Shown: positions 13,343 through 25,495 of the stretch, piece by piece
Position numbering within the stretch: position 1 is the stretch's first letter
Layout of the letters: the number at the start of each line of letters is the position of its first letter
DNA from: Octopus vulgaris
Lineage: Eukaryota
Reading direction: 5' to 3'
Assembly: GCA_951406725.2 (NCBI GenBank)
Contig: OX597825.1
Coordinates: forward strand, 10,044,001 to 10,108,000
Length of the DNA: 64,000 nucleotides
Notes under the pieces: model-generated
Database searches by the model: none
Told to the model about the DNA's origin: nothing
What the model saw: only the letters and a program-made list of their open reading frames with translations
Program-made: the position numbers and the translations under genes

Positions 13343-13729
13343 TATACATGTATGTATTTATGTATTTGTGTATACATGAATATATTATTTTGTGTATATA
13401 TGTGTGTCTAAGTGTGTACATATGCCTGTATGTATGAACATGCACAAGCTCATGTAAAATGAACATCCACATACGCATTTACTGTTTTTTTTTATAAATA
13501 CTAATTAGGAATATTAATTAAAAGTATTTCTTAAAAGTATTATTTTGGAGAATTGCTTAAACTGCAATGCAATATCACGACTTTGATTCTGTGGAGTTTA
13601 CGACGTTTTCATAATAAAATTACCTCAAGAATCAGAAATGAAATCAAAAGCACAAATTTGAAGCAGCCATTTTTGCAAGTCTTGTCCACAAAAGTTTTTA
13701 TATAAAAGATCATAGAAATAAGTATTTTG

Positions 13730-14052
13730 TTTTTGGATTTGGTTTGCAAGATTCTTTATATGAGTTCGTGTGTTGAAGCATATTCTATTGTGTCTGGGGA
13801 GAGTCATTTTCTTTTTGTGCCTTATTATGTAACACACTCACCGATAAAATTTCCAGTTTTTTCTTATCTTATTTTTATTTTCCTAAAATTTTCGTTGTGT
13901 CTTGCAACCTTTTCAAGGATCAAGACTATTGAAAAGGTTGCAAGATGCAACGAAAATTTTAGGAAAATAAAAATAAGGAATAAGTGGAAATTTTACCGGT
14001 GAGTGTGTTAAATAATAAGGCACAAAAAGAAAATGACTCTCCCCAGACACAA
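13730..14052. repeat. Inverted pair of family J forming a ~125-bp-arm hairpin
   Basis: Arms ~13788-13916 and 13929-14052 are reverse complements with a few mismatches/indels. The spacer is 12 nt (ggatcaagacta). Confidence 0.9.
13926..13962 (+). ncRNA. Minimal type-I hammerhead-like motif, U3-A8 variant
   Basis: cta TTGAAAA g gttgc-aagat-gcaac GAAA att t tag: 3-bp stem I, 5-bp stem II, palindromic loopless stem III (AATT). Confidence 0.5.
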
Positions 14053-14287
14053 CAGCATAGAAGTAAGTGTTTTCTTCAAATTTTCATTTCATATTTCAAA
14101 ATATATTCAGACACAGAGTATTCGAAAGAAAACCAAGATTGGTTCACCTGGGGATGATCTGAAACGAGCAACCCTGAGTACTGGAAATCAGAACCTTTCA
14201 GTTACAATGTATTATAGAAGCTATACAGAAACACACACACACATATGCGCACACACATACACACACACATACACACACACTGCTGAG

Positions 14288-14621
14288 ACCCCCTTCAGTC
14301 ATGACTGACCATGGGATTGCACCTAGAAAGTTACCTTCCCAGGCACAAGTCCGGGCAAGGTTGTTTATGGAAGACCAGTAGTTGCCCATGCATACCGGCC
14401 TCCCCTCTCCATGCCACTGATGTTATCCAAGGGAAAGACAAAGGGGCCGATACAGCTTGGCACCAGTGACATCACAACTCATTTCTACAGCTGAGTTAAC
14501 TGGAGCAACGTGAAATAAAGTGTCTTGCTCAAGAACACAACACGCAGCTCAGTCCGGGATTCAAACTCACAACCTCACAATCATAATCTCGCCGCTCTAA
14601 CTACTGAGCCATGCACCTTCA
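14288..14621 (-). mobile_element. tRNA-derived SINE family E (head shared with family D, different 3' half)
   Basis: On -: tggctcagtagttaga A-box, gagtttgaatcc B-box, then ttgtgttcttgagcaagacactttatttcacgttgctccag as in family D. Confidence 0.75.
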
Positions 14622-15668
14622 TTACACACACACACACACATGTAATATCAATATGCAATTTGACCTCTTTGTGCCCAAGGTCGCAGATAAACCAATGTCA
14701 CAGTAGGAAACTCAAAGAAAGGAATGTCAAACTCCTTCCTTCACCAAAAGCCAATCACATAAAAATATCCATTGAAAAAGGGATTACAAGGGTAGTGCTC
14801 CAGTATGGCCACAGCCTGAAATACATAGAAGAATATATTCCTACATGTGTGTGTGTGTGTCCTTTAATATTGTGTCCCTGATTTAAACAAACTAAATCAC
14901 AGATAACCTACCATTGAATGAATATGTGTTTGATTTCAATTATCCTATTCACTATCCCAAATTATAAATAATCTGCTTATTTTAGATTAATACAACTAAT
15001 GCTAAGATAATAAGATTAAAGATTAGTGATTTCAAACTATTAGCAAATCATTTGACACAACATTCTCGAAACCATTCAGCCTTTTGGCTCTAAACAGCAG
15101 AAAAATAAACTGCACCAGGATCTCGTGTATGCAACATATTAAGTTGAAACACTTTGATTCACAGGGAATTATTGACGCAATTAATAGAACAAATGCAACA
15201 AAATTTCCTCAATGGATTCTTTTTTTCAGAGCTAAAAAAAAAGAAAAAAAACTGAGAGAGCAAGGGAGATAACACCAACAATATCAAATGACTGAATTTT
15301 AAAATTTTTTTTAGAAGAAACAGTCATGAGCAAAGCATATCTTTAGGTCACGGGGAGAAAGTAATGAACATGTTTCAGTCTTATTACACCTTCTCAGCAT
15401 AACACTGGCAGCACTGAGAGTTACAAATAAATAGAGTAGTAGTAGTGGTGGTGGTGGTGGTGGTGGTGGTGGTTGTGGTTGTGTTGATTGTGCATACCAG
15501 CAATATGACAAAGGAAAAGATGTTAGCCAGGTATTTGTTGCAGTCTAACACTAATTTTATTTAACAGGTGAACTGCTAAGTCATAGGAGATCAAACTGTT
15601 TTAAATAATACGTATAAAACTCCTAGTAAATGTGTTGAGTGCCTTTTTCATTTTCCTGCCCACTCATT

Positions 15669-15710
<42 letters not shown>

Positions 15711-15723
15711 GACTGAGTACCAT

Positions 15724-16100
15724 TGTGTGGTAAGAAGCTTGCTTACCAACCACATGGTTCCAGGTTCAGTCCCAATGTATGGCATCTTGGGCACATGTCT
15801 TCTACTATAGCGTCGGGCCAACCAAAGCCTTGTGAATGGATTTGGTTGAGGGAAACTGAAAGAAGCTCATCGTGTATATATATGTGTGTGGGTGTGTATG
15901 TTTGTGCATGTGTTTGTCCCCCACTATCGTTTAACAACCAATGCTGGTGTGTTTACATCCCTGTTACTTAGCGGTTTGGCAAAAGAGACTGATAAAATAA
16001 GTACTAGGATTACAAATAATAAGTGCTGCACCTGATTTGCATGACAAAAGGCAGTGCTCCAGCATGGCCACAGTCAAATGACTGAAACAAATAAAAGAAT
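15724..16100 (+). mobile_element. SINE family A
   Basis: Aligns along its length with 31414-31825. Confidence 0.85.
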
Positions 16101-16737
16101 GTATGTATGTATGTATGTATGTATTACCTTCCTTGGAAACCACATAGCACTGGCAATAAGAAGGACGACTAGCCATTGAAAATCTGCCTCAACAAGGTCC
16201 ACATGACCCACACAAACATAGAAAAGTAGATGCTAAATGATGATGACGATGATGATGATAATGATGATGATGATGATAATGATAATGATGATGATGATGA
16301 TGATGATGATGCATATACATATCTTATCAAAGTGATTATTCTAGTCCTTGTCACATGCAATACTTTCTAAAGAAGTGCAGCTTGCTAATGTCTAATGGTT
16401 CAGCACAACTTGTAGATGGAGACAAGATTAGCACACTCTCTAAGATTTGCTCTGTTGAATTGTTAGAAATTTCAGTCTTCTTCCAGACATATTTATTCCA
16501 TATCTAATTCTGGCTCAAGCTGATATATTTCAAAAGTTAATCTAAGTTATTCTGGAATTATGAATGACACGATCATTAAATTGCTATCCTTACAATATAA
16601 TATCGATATTGTTGTTTATATTGTCAAATACGTTCTCTGACAGCTCATCTCCATTAATCCTGATGTATATCACGCAAAATAATGGACAGAATGTTTACAA
16701 ATTACTTTCCCGTCCCACGTTCTTAATAATTAAATAT

Positions 16738-17353
16738 TGATTTCGAATTTTGTGGGGAGGGGCAAGTTGATTGCCTCAACCCTAGTGCTCGACTGGGACT
16801 TATTTTATCGACCCTGAAAGAATGAAAGGCAGAGTCAATCTCAGCAAAAAGCGGTGAGCTGGCAGAAACATTAGCACGCCGGGCGAAATGCTTAGCAGTA
16901 TTTCGTCTGCTGTTACATTCTGAGTTCAAATTCCACTGAGGTCGACTTTGCCTTTCATCCTTTTGGAGGTCGATTAAATAAGTACCAGGTACGCACTGGG
17001 GTCGATATAATCAACTTAATCCGTCTGTCTGTCCTTGTTTGTCCTCTCTGTGTTTAGCCCCTTGTGGGTAGTAAAGAAATAGGTATTTCGTCTGCTGTTA
17101 CGTTCTGAGTTCAAATTCCGCTGAGGTCGACTTTGCCTTTCATCCTTTCGGGGTCAATAAATTAAGTACCAGTTATGCAGTGGGGTCGATATAATCGATT
17201 TAATCTCTTTGTCTGTCTTTGTTTGTCCCCTCTATGTTTAGCCCCTTGTGGGTAATAAAAAAATAAGAATATGAACTCAGAACGTAATGACAGACAAAAT
17301 GCCACTAAGCATTCTGTCCAAATTGCTAACGATTCCACCTGCTCATTGCCTTT
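16738..17353. mobile_element. SINE B (+, ~16847-17266) nested in an older SINE B (-)
   Basis: The minus copy breaks at gtcaatctcagca| and resumes at |gaatatgaactcagaacg, which is contiguous in other copies (gtcgacctcggcggaatttgaactcagaacg). Confidence 0.8.
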
Positions 17354-17377
17354 CTTAATAATTAAAGTTTGGTTTCA

Positions 17378-17936
17378 AATTTTGGCACAAGGCCAGCAAT
17401 TTGAATGGTGGGGTAAGTCAATTACATTGACCCCAGTCCTCATTATCCTCTTCATCATCCAGTGTTTTAAACCTGGGTTTTACCTTCATTAACAGGGGTG
17501 GCTGGATCTACCTCAATGCCATAGCAAATGAGGTAGTAAGGTGCAGCCCACCCCAACCATTGGGCTGGCTGGTGCCCATTCTCCTTTGCTATCATGAGGA
17601 TTTTTTGGAGCTGGATTTTCTACGGGGAGCATGTCTTTGCTTACCCCTAATCTCAGTTACTAGACACGAGTGGTCCCGAGACCAAGGCCTCTACTACGAT
17701 TTTTAAGAAATATGGTGGAAAGTTAGCTCAGGAAGGCAGGGATGCTACTCCCTGAGACCCTTTTCAGAGCACACCACACTACCTATTTTGTTCAACTGGT
17801 ACTTATTTGTTTGACCCCGAAAGGATGAAAGGCAAAGTTGACCTCGATGGAATTTGAACTCAGAATATAAAGGTGGACGAAATGCCACTTAGCATTTTGT
17901 CCGATGCACTAACAATTCTGCCAGCTCACTGCTTTT
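17378..17936 (-). mobile_element. SINE B split by a ~350-bp unclassified insert (17438-17791)
   Basis: The 3' part ends at ...attgaccccagt and the rest resumes at tcaactggtacttattt... Confidence 0.65.
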
Positions 17937-18047
17937 CTTATTAATTAGATATTAATTAAATATTAATAGATTTCTTGCATGTGTTGATTGGAATTGAAAT
18001 TCAGGGTCTCTTGTTTTCCTAAATGATTTGTTTTATTAGCGAGAGAA

Positions 18048-18114
<67 letters not shown>

Positions 18115-18581
18115 TAGGCAGGCAGACAGAGACAGACAGGCAGGCAGGCAGAGACAGACAAACAGACAGACAGACAGACAGGCAGACACAGAGAGACAGG
18201 CAGATACAGAGACAGACACAGAGAGAGAGAGAGAGAGACAGACAGACAGGCAGACAGAGAGACAGACAGACAGACTCAGAGAGAGATTCCTGCTGGATAC
18301 AACAAAATGAAGGAGCTATGAAGGAGCTTCCTTATTGCATTGAGTTGCCCTCATTTTGAAGACGTTGAGGGATTTATCTAAAGATGTTTGACTGCTGTTT
18401 TTGCTTGGTTCACTGAACAATACAGAAGCTTCCCCTACGTCTTGTTGATATCAGTGATTAATGGATGAGTAATGATTAATGGATGAGTAATTTGTTAATA
18501 TAAATTGCACCAGTCATGCAACGTGTATCAAGTTCTTACTGGATTTTTTTTGTACATTCTCTTGCACACATTCACTATATC

Positions 18582-18625
<44 letters not shown>

Positions 18626-18861
18626 TGTGTGTGTGCACAAGTGTGTATGTGTATTCGTGTGTGTGCACGCGTGTGAGTGCAATGTGTGTATGTGTGAGTG
18701 TAATGTGTGCGTGAGTGTGATGTGTGTGTGTGAGTGTAATGTGTGTGAGTGTGTGAGTGTGTGTGTGTGTGTGTGAGTGAGTGTGAGTGTGATGTGTGTG
18801 TGAGTGTGATGTGTGTGTGTAATGTGTGTGTGTGTGTGAGTGAGTGTGAGTGAGTGTGTGT

Positions 18862-18892
<31 letters not shown>

Positions 18893-19167
18893 CATGTGTG
18901 CGCATATGTGTGTGTATTGAATAGGGGAAGCTAGGTCAGCTATGTTGGCAGGTGTGTATGTTTCTCAAGAGCCAGGTTCATTAGACTCCAGCAGGGCCAC
19001 AAGTGTAAATTATAAATTTGCATGAGTACACAATGCTCTTAATTGTTAGTGATGGTCTTCCTAGGTTGCCAGTGGACTGCAAAAGTGTATATGTATGAAT
19101 GTGTGTATGTGTATGTGTATATATATATATGCTTGTGTGTATGCATGTATGTATGTATGTATGCATG

Positions 19168-19705
19168 TCTCTTCTATTTTTTAATTATAAATCTTCCACT
19201 GAGTAAGGAGCCGGTTTCCAACAAAGATACAAGACTCCATCTTTGGGATCTCCTTAACACAGACAAATCAACATTTGGAACTTGAGAAAAGTCTTGCATA
19301 TTTTTACTGTTCCACTTACAGATTGGACTTGTAATGTACGAATCAGCCAATCAATTTCTCTTTCTGAAAATCCCAGTTTATCCAGATTCTCCTTTAAGCA
19401 CTTACTAACAAAACCTAGTGCTCCAATTATTATTTGTATGAATATGAATTCATAGTCTGGATATAGAAGCTGAAGGTTTCGAAGCAGTTGTCCATAGATA
19501 TCCTCTTTGTCTTTGATTTTCAAAGAGATATTTATATCTGCAGGGCAGCTGACCTCTATGACGGGACATACCTTTTCCCCTCTGTCCCAAATGACAATAT
19601 CCAGCCTGTTATGTTTACATATGACAGAAGTTTTGATGGGAATATTCCACCAGTATTCCTTGAGTTAGTGTTTATGAATGTATTCCATAACAGAGTGATT
19701 ATCTA
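19168..19705 (-). mobile_element. 3' fragment of an R4/Dong-like non-LTR retrotransposon (restriction-like endonuclease end)
   Basis: EYWWNIPIKTSVICKHNRLDIVIWD...IEVSCPADINISLKIKDKEDIYGQL...IIIGALG. This is the RPD..E..K-type endonuclease region and C-terminus, followed by a short 3' UTR. Confidence 0.8.
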
Positions 19706-20662
19706 AGTATGTATGTTTGTATGTATGTATGTATGTATGTATGTATGTATGTATGTATGTATGTATGTATGTATGAAGGTATGTATGCATGTATATATGT
19801 ATGTATGTATGTATGCACATATGTATGAATGTATGTATGCATGTATGTATGCATGTATGTATGTATGTATGTATATATGAATGTATGTATGTATGTATGT
19901 ATGTATGTATGTATGTATGTATGCATGTATGTATGCATGTATATATGTATGCATGTATATATGAATGTATGTATGCATGTATATATGAATGTATGTATGT
20001 ATGTATATCAATGAGAAATGAGTGAGAGAGCAGTACATGTCATGAAATTGATGTTGAGACACAAATATATGAAGCCCAATATACAGCCCCTCCTGACTAC
20101 CCTTTGACAAGGGTACACCAATGCATAACCTTGCAGATAGGGCCCAGTTAGAGTTCTCTTCAGTTTGAGTAGCCCATCTCACTCAAAAGGTCCCTGAATA
20201 TTTTAAGGGTGATGAACAAAACATCCATATTTCCAGTGGAGAATTATTCAAACCCCACAAAAATCCCTCTCAAAACATGGCTATGATACTCTCCCACCCC
20301 ACTACACCTGCATGTGATCAGAGATGAACATATCTTCAGCCACTAAGGGACATGTTCATCTTGTTACGGTCAAACAGTTGACAATCAAATCTGTGGAACT
20401 GAGCAGAATATTTGCTGTAGTCCATCTTTTACACCAAGACAAATTATGTACAGTTTAACACTTCTCTTAAGTTAAGATCAGAAGACTTGAGAGTCACTGT
20501 CTGATATTGCATCAGGTCATGTGAGCAGCACCTGTGATACATATACATACATACACATACAGTCGTATATGATACTTGATATATGATGGTTTTATAAAGA
20601 TGTATGAAATATTTATGTACAAACTCTCATGTAATTGCTATGTAATATTTTGTGTACAAAAA

Positions 20663-21058
20663 GGCGGCGAGCTGGCAGAAACGTTAGCATGCCAGGTGAA
20701 ATGCTTAGCGGTATTTCATTTGTCTTTATGTCCTGAGTTCAAATTCTGCCAAGGTCGACTTAGCCTGTTATTCTTTTGGCGCTGATAAATTAAGTACCAG
20801 TTGTGTACTGGGATCAATGTAATCGACTTAATCCCTTTGTCTGTCTTTGTTTGTCCCTTCTGTGTTTAGCCCCTTGTGGATAGTAAAGCAATAGGTATTT
20901 CATCTGTCTTTACGTTCTGAGTTCTAATTCTGCTGAGGTCAACTTTGCCTTTTATCCTTTCGAGGTTGATAAATTAAGTACCAGTTTTGTACTGGAGTCA
21001 ATCTAATTGACTGGCCCCCTCCCCCAAAATTTCGGGCCTTGTGCCTAGAGTTGAAAAG
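20663..21058 (+). mobile_element. Full-length SINE B with internal body duplication
   Basis: Exact 19-bp TSD aatattttgtgtacaaaaa at 20644-20662 and 21059-21077. Confidence 0.92.
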
Positions 21059-21249
21059 AATATTTTGTGTACAAAAACAGGGTGTATTGAACATTTGTAA
21101 ATAAACTAAAATATTTTGTTCTTCTTAAAATAAATTCCATTTGTTCAGGAGAAATTATTTTGTTTGTAAAAACAGCAATAAATGTGAAATACATGGAAAT
21201 AAAATAAAATGGGGAAGTAGCAGTAGCAGTCACAGAAGCAGCAGTGGCA

Positions 21250-21637
21250 GTGGAGGTGCAATGGTCCAGTGGTTAGGGCAGCGGACTCGCGGTCGGAGGA
21301 TCGCGGTTTCGATTCCCAGACCGGGCGTTGTTTGCGTTTATTCAGCAAAAACACCTAAAGCTCCAGGATGCTCCAGCAGGGGGTGGTGGCAACCCCTGTT
21401 GTACTCTTTCGCTCCAACTTTCCCTCACTCTTTCTTCCTGTTTCTTGTCCTCCCCGACTTCCTACGCAACCGCTGAGCCTGGATGTGCATTCATCCATCC
21501 ATCAATGCTCTCGGTGTCGGGGGTTGACCTGCTTTCTCTTCTGTGGGTCTTACGAATAGCAAAGAACCACATTTCAGACTTCTCCCATCTTGCAAGCTCT
21601 GGGATGAAGACCGTTCGCTCAACAGCAACAGCAACAG
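21250..21637 (+). mobile_element. tRNA-derived SINE family F, tail type 2
   Basis: A-box tggtccagtggtta, B-box ggtttcgattcc, (CAACAG)n tail. Second copy at 54601-54909 (-). Confidence 0.85.
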
Positions 21638-21887
21638 TAGCAGCAGGTGCCCCTGGGAGAAATTTTGCAAGATTGAACATGATTCTTTTCAGGTCTCTGA
21701 AGGAGGGGATTCCTCTCAAAATCCAAAGTGGGAGTGTGGTGTTTTTTTTCATTTGGCAGGGACCTATCAGACAATAATCCCCACCCTCACCTCCTTGGTT
21801 GTTTATGCCCCTGGACTGATATGTACCAGGTGAGCTTCTCCCTTATAGGGGCTCATTCTGAATAAAAAGCTCCTATTGTATGATTGT

Positions 21888-22428
21888 GTGGAGACGCGTG
21901 GCTTAGTGGTTAGTGTGTCAGCAACATGATCGCAAGATTGTGGTTTCGATTCCTGGACCGGGCAATGCGTTGTGTTCTTGAGCAAAACACTTCATTTCAC
22001 GTTGCTCCAGTCCACTCAGCTGGCAAAAATGAGTAACGCTGCGATGGACTGGTGTCCCGTCCAGCTGGGGAACACATACGCCACGGAAACCGGGAAACTG
22101 GGCCCATGAGCTTGGCTAGGCTTTAAAAGGGCGCATTTACTATTTTTACTACTACTACTACTAACTGTGGAGGCGTATGGCTTGGTGGTTAGGGTGTCAG
22201 CACCATGGTGGTAAGATTGTGGTTTTGATTCCTGGACCGGGCAACGTGTTGTGTTCTTGAGCAAAACACTTCATTTCACGTTGCTCCAGTCCACACAGCT
22301 GGCAAAAATGAGTAACACTGCGATGGACTGGCGTCCCATCCAGCTGGGGAACACATACGCCATGGAAACCGGGAAACCGGGCTCATGAGCCTGGCTAGGC
22401 TTTAAAAAAGGGCGCATTTATTTTATTT
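21888..22428 (+). mobile_element. Head-to-tail dimer of tRNA-derived SINE family D
   Basis: Two ~255-bp units (21888-22140, 22166-22428) with A/B boxes. One exact 14-bp TSD tattgtatgattgt (21874-21887, 22429-22442). Confidence 0.9.
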
Positions 22429-22560
22429 TATTGTATGATTGTAGATATTTAGACAATGAAAAAAAAAAAGTAAAGAGAAAGGAAAGCAAAGCCTAATGAA
22501 ATAAATGTAAAACAAATTTAAGAGAAAACAAACCTTTTATATTCCTGCTGTTCCTTTCAG

Positions 22561-22677
22561 ACCAAAGACTGAAGTAGATGGAAAAGATAAGGAAATTAGT
22601 GGTAATTTATTGATGCCTTCAGACGAGAAGAAGATTTACAAACTACCACTACAACACAAGAAATTGATTACTATGAG
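22561..22677 (+). CDS. KCNAB: Candidate 117-nt phase 2-2 cassette exon of the Kv-beta gene
   Basis: Acceptor ccttttatattcctgctgttcctttcag|, donor AG|gtaaac. Open in the required frame: (R)PKTEVDGKDKEISGNLLMPSDEKKIYKLPLQHKKLITM(R). No homology support. Confidence 0.5.
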
Positions 22678-23289
22678 GTAAACCCTGCAAATGGTTGATT
22701 CTAGGAATGGCTTCCCTCACTACCGTCAAAGCTTTCCCTCCACGCCTGCCACCACGATTGCTGTTTTTTGGGTTTTTTTCACACTTAGCAATAGAACTAC
22801 TGCCAATACTGTAACACCACTATCTAGCACTACCACCACTACTACCACTATTATCACAACCACTACCACCGACTACTATCACAACCACTACCACCACTAC
22901 CACTACCACTACTACCACAACCACTACTACCACTACTATCACAACCACTACTATCACAACCACTACCACCACTACTATCACAACCACTACTACTACTATT
23001 ACCACCACTACCACTACTACCTCTACTATCACCTCTACTACCAATACCATCACCACTACTGCTACCAACTCTATCATTACCACCAACACTGTTGTTGTTA
23101 TCATTTTTGTTATTATTGTTATTGTTTCTGTTGTCATCATCATTGATGTTGTCATCATTATTGTTGTTGTCATGATGATCTTGTGCCATTGGCATCATCA
23201 CCATCATCATCATTATCATCATGATCTTTGTCTGTGCCATCATCATCATCATCATCATCAGCATCATCATCAACATCTTTACCATCACC

Positions 23290-23560
23290 AACAACACTTA
23301 AGCAGAGACCGCTAGGATTTCCAAAAGACCTCCACAGCCTCATTCCTAAAAGGTTTGATACCATCTAACATACAGGCTTCTTTATCTTCTCCTCCATCCT
23401 TTTGATATCCATCAATGCCTTTCCCCTTTTTTGGGGTTTCCCCTTTTTGCATACAAAAGATCTGGTTGATGCAGGATGTCACCATCCAGTTCCATTCTTC
23501 TTTCCTCTGTCATCTCTTAGGGTCTTTGCAAAGACACTTTTCTTAAGATTTCTTCATTTC
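23290..23560 (-). mobile_element. Highly decayed RTE-like LINE 3' end
   Basis: Weak residual RTE C-terminal pattern (RRM..., K/R-rich segment, WRS...LC) before a triplet tail. Confidence 0.35.
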
Positions 23561-24420
23561 TGATATGATCATCATCATCACCATCATCACCATCATCATC
23601 ATCATCATTCAGCGTCTGCTTTCCATGCTGGCATGGGTTGGACTGTTTGACAGAAGCTGTGGCAAGCCAAGGAGTTGCACCAAGTTCCAACTTGCTGTTT
23701 TGCCGTGGTTTCTATGACTGGATGCCCTTCCTGAAACCAGCCGCTGTACAACACAAGTGCAACACAACTCTGGACGAGTTATACTGCCTCAAAAGCACCT
23801 GTTCTGACAAACCACTCATACTTCTATCCATACATTGTAACAAGACTATTTATCTCTTATGATTCAAGGTCAGAATTCCTTTTCACATTTGTTTCCTTCT
23901 TGTTTCCTTCAACTAAATATTTCCTGTGAATTTTACCATCGTTTATAAACCCGGTTGTTGCTTTATATATCAAACCTGACATAATGAATGAAACCTTGTT
24001 CCTTCTATCTTTATACTAAATGAAATATGAATCCCAGTAAAATATTAACCATTTTCTAACCATATTTCTCTTAAAATACACCGTTTTTTGTTTAAAATAA
24101 TTTTGAAAATAACAAAGACTAAAACAGCACAGAATTTTGTCGGTGAACAGGTCACAGTCTCAAAGCGACGAAAATATTTTGACAAATTAAATTTAAATGT
24201 TGAAGAGAATCTAATGGTTTTTGTGTTTCTTAAATGGTTTATAAACACCTTCCACGCTGCAATTGTTTTCGTTCCAGCACACGATCTCAGATCAGGTCAC
24301 TTGCTATACAAGTACATCTCCATAAAAATAAAATGACTTTTGTCATAATTAGGCTGATGTTTGGAACATAAATTAACATTTTAATTATTATGGAAAGTTT
24401 TAATTTCTATCTCTTTAAGT

Positions 24421-24802
24421 ACTCTTTACTCTTTTACTCTTTTACTTGTTTCAGTCATTTGACTGTGGCCATGCTGGAGCACCGCATTTAGTCGAGAAAA
24501 TCGACCCCAGGACTTATTTTTCATAAGCCTAGTACTTATTCTATCAGTCTCTTTTGCTGAACCGCTAAGTTACGGTGGCGTAAACACAGATACGCAAATA
24601 CATACACACACACACATCCATATACATATACATATATACAACAGGCTTCTTTCAGTTTCCGTCTACCAAATCCACTCACAAGGCTTTAGTCGGCCCGAGG
24701 CTATAATAGAAGACACTTGCCCAAGGTGCCACGCGGTAGGACTGAACCCGGAACCATGTAGTTGGTAAGCAAGCTACTTACCACACAGCCACTCCTATGC
24801 CT
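24421..24802 (-). mobile_element. SINE family A
   Basis: Reverse complement of family A with (GAGTAAAA)n tail and an internal deletion. Confidence 0.88.
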
Positions 24803-25104
24803 AAAGTAGGAAGTTTTTACTACAGAACCAGGGGTGATCTTAGGTAACTTGGTATCAAGAGGCTTAAATCATTCTTTCTCTCGCTCCCTTTTCCTTTGTT
24901 TCTCTCTCTTTCTCTCTTTTCCTCTGTCTCTTTCTCTCAGCCTATATAATATATGAACTCCCTACTTCAATATATACTCTGTTAACCAGTATTCCCAGGA
25001 GTACTGACTGGGGACACAGCTCTCTCTCTCTCTCTCTCAGTTGCTTCCAGGGTGATTTTGTTTCACTTAGCTCTGAAGTATTATGTTTTTTTTAACAGAA
25101 TACA

Positions 25105-25220
25105 TCCGGGTTCAGTCCCACTGCATGGCACCTTGAGCAAGTGTCTTCTGCTATAGCCTCGGGCTGACCAATGCCTTGTGAGTGGATTTGGTAGACGGAA
25201 ACTGAAAGAAGCCTGTCGTG

Positions 25221-25269
<49 letters not shown>

Positions 25270-25490
25270 ATGTTTGTGTGTCTGTGTTTGTCCCCCTAGC
25301 ATTGCTTGACAACCGATGCTGGTGTGTTTACGTCCCCATCACTTAGCGGTTCGGCAAAAGAGACCGATAGAATAAGTACTGGGCTTACAAAGAATAAGTC
25401 CCGGGGTCGATTTGCTCGACTAAAGGTGGTGCTCCAGCATGGCCACAGTCAAATGAATGAAACAAGTAAAAGAGTAAAAGAGTAAAGAGT
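25105..25490 (+). mobile_element. SINE family A, 5'-truncated
   Basis: Starts in the B-box region (ccgggttcagtccca) and ends in a (GAGTAAAA)n tail. Confidence 0.88.
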
Positions 25491-25495
25491 ATAAA

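Noticed and set aside
15230-15272. Strong-looking acceptor ttttttttcag in intron 1
   Set aside because: The required frame hits TAA at 15270-15272 with no donor before it.
21250-21325. SINE heads (also 21888, 43015-43088, 43976) as functional tRNA genes
   Set aside because: A/B boxes are present but no complete cloverleaf is evident, and each continues into a repeat body.
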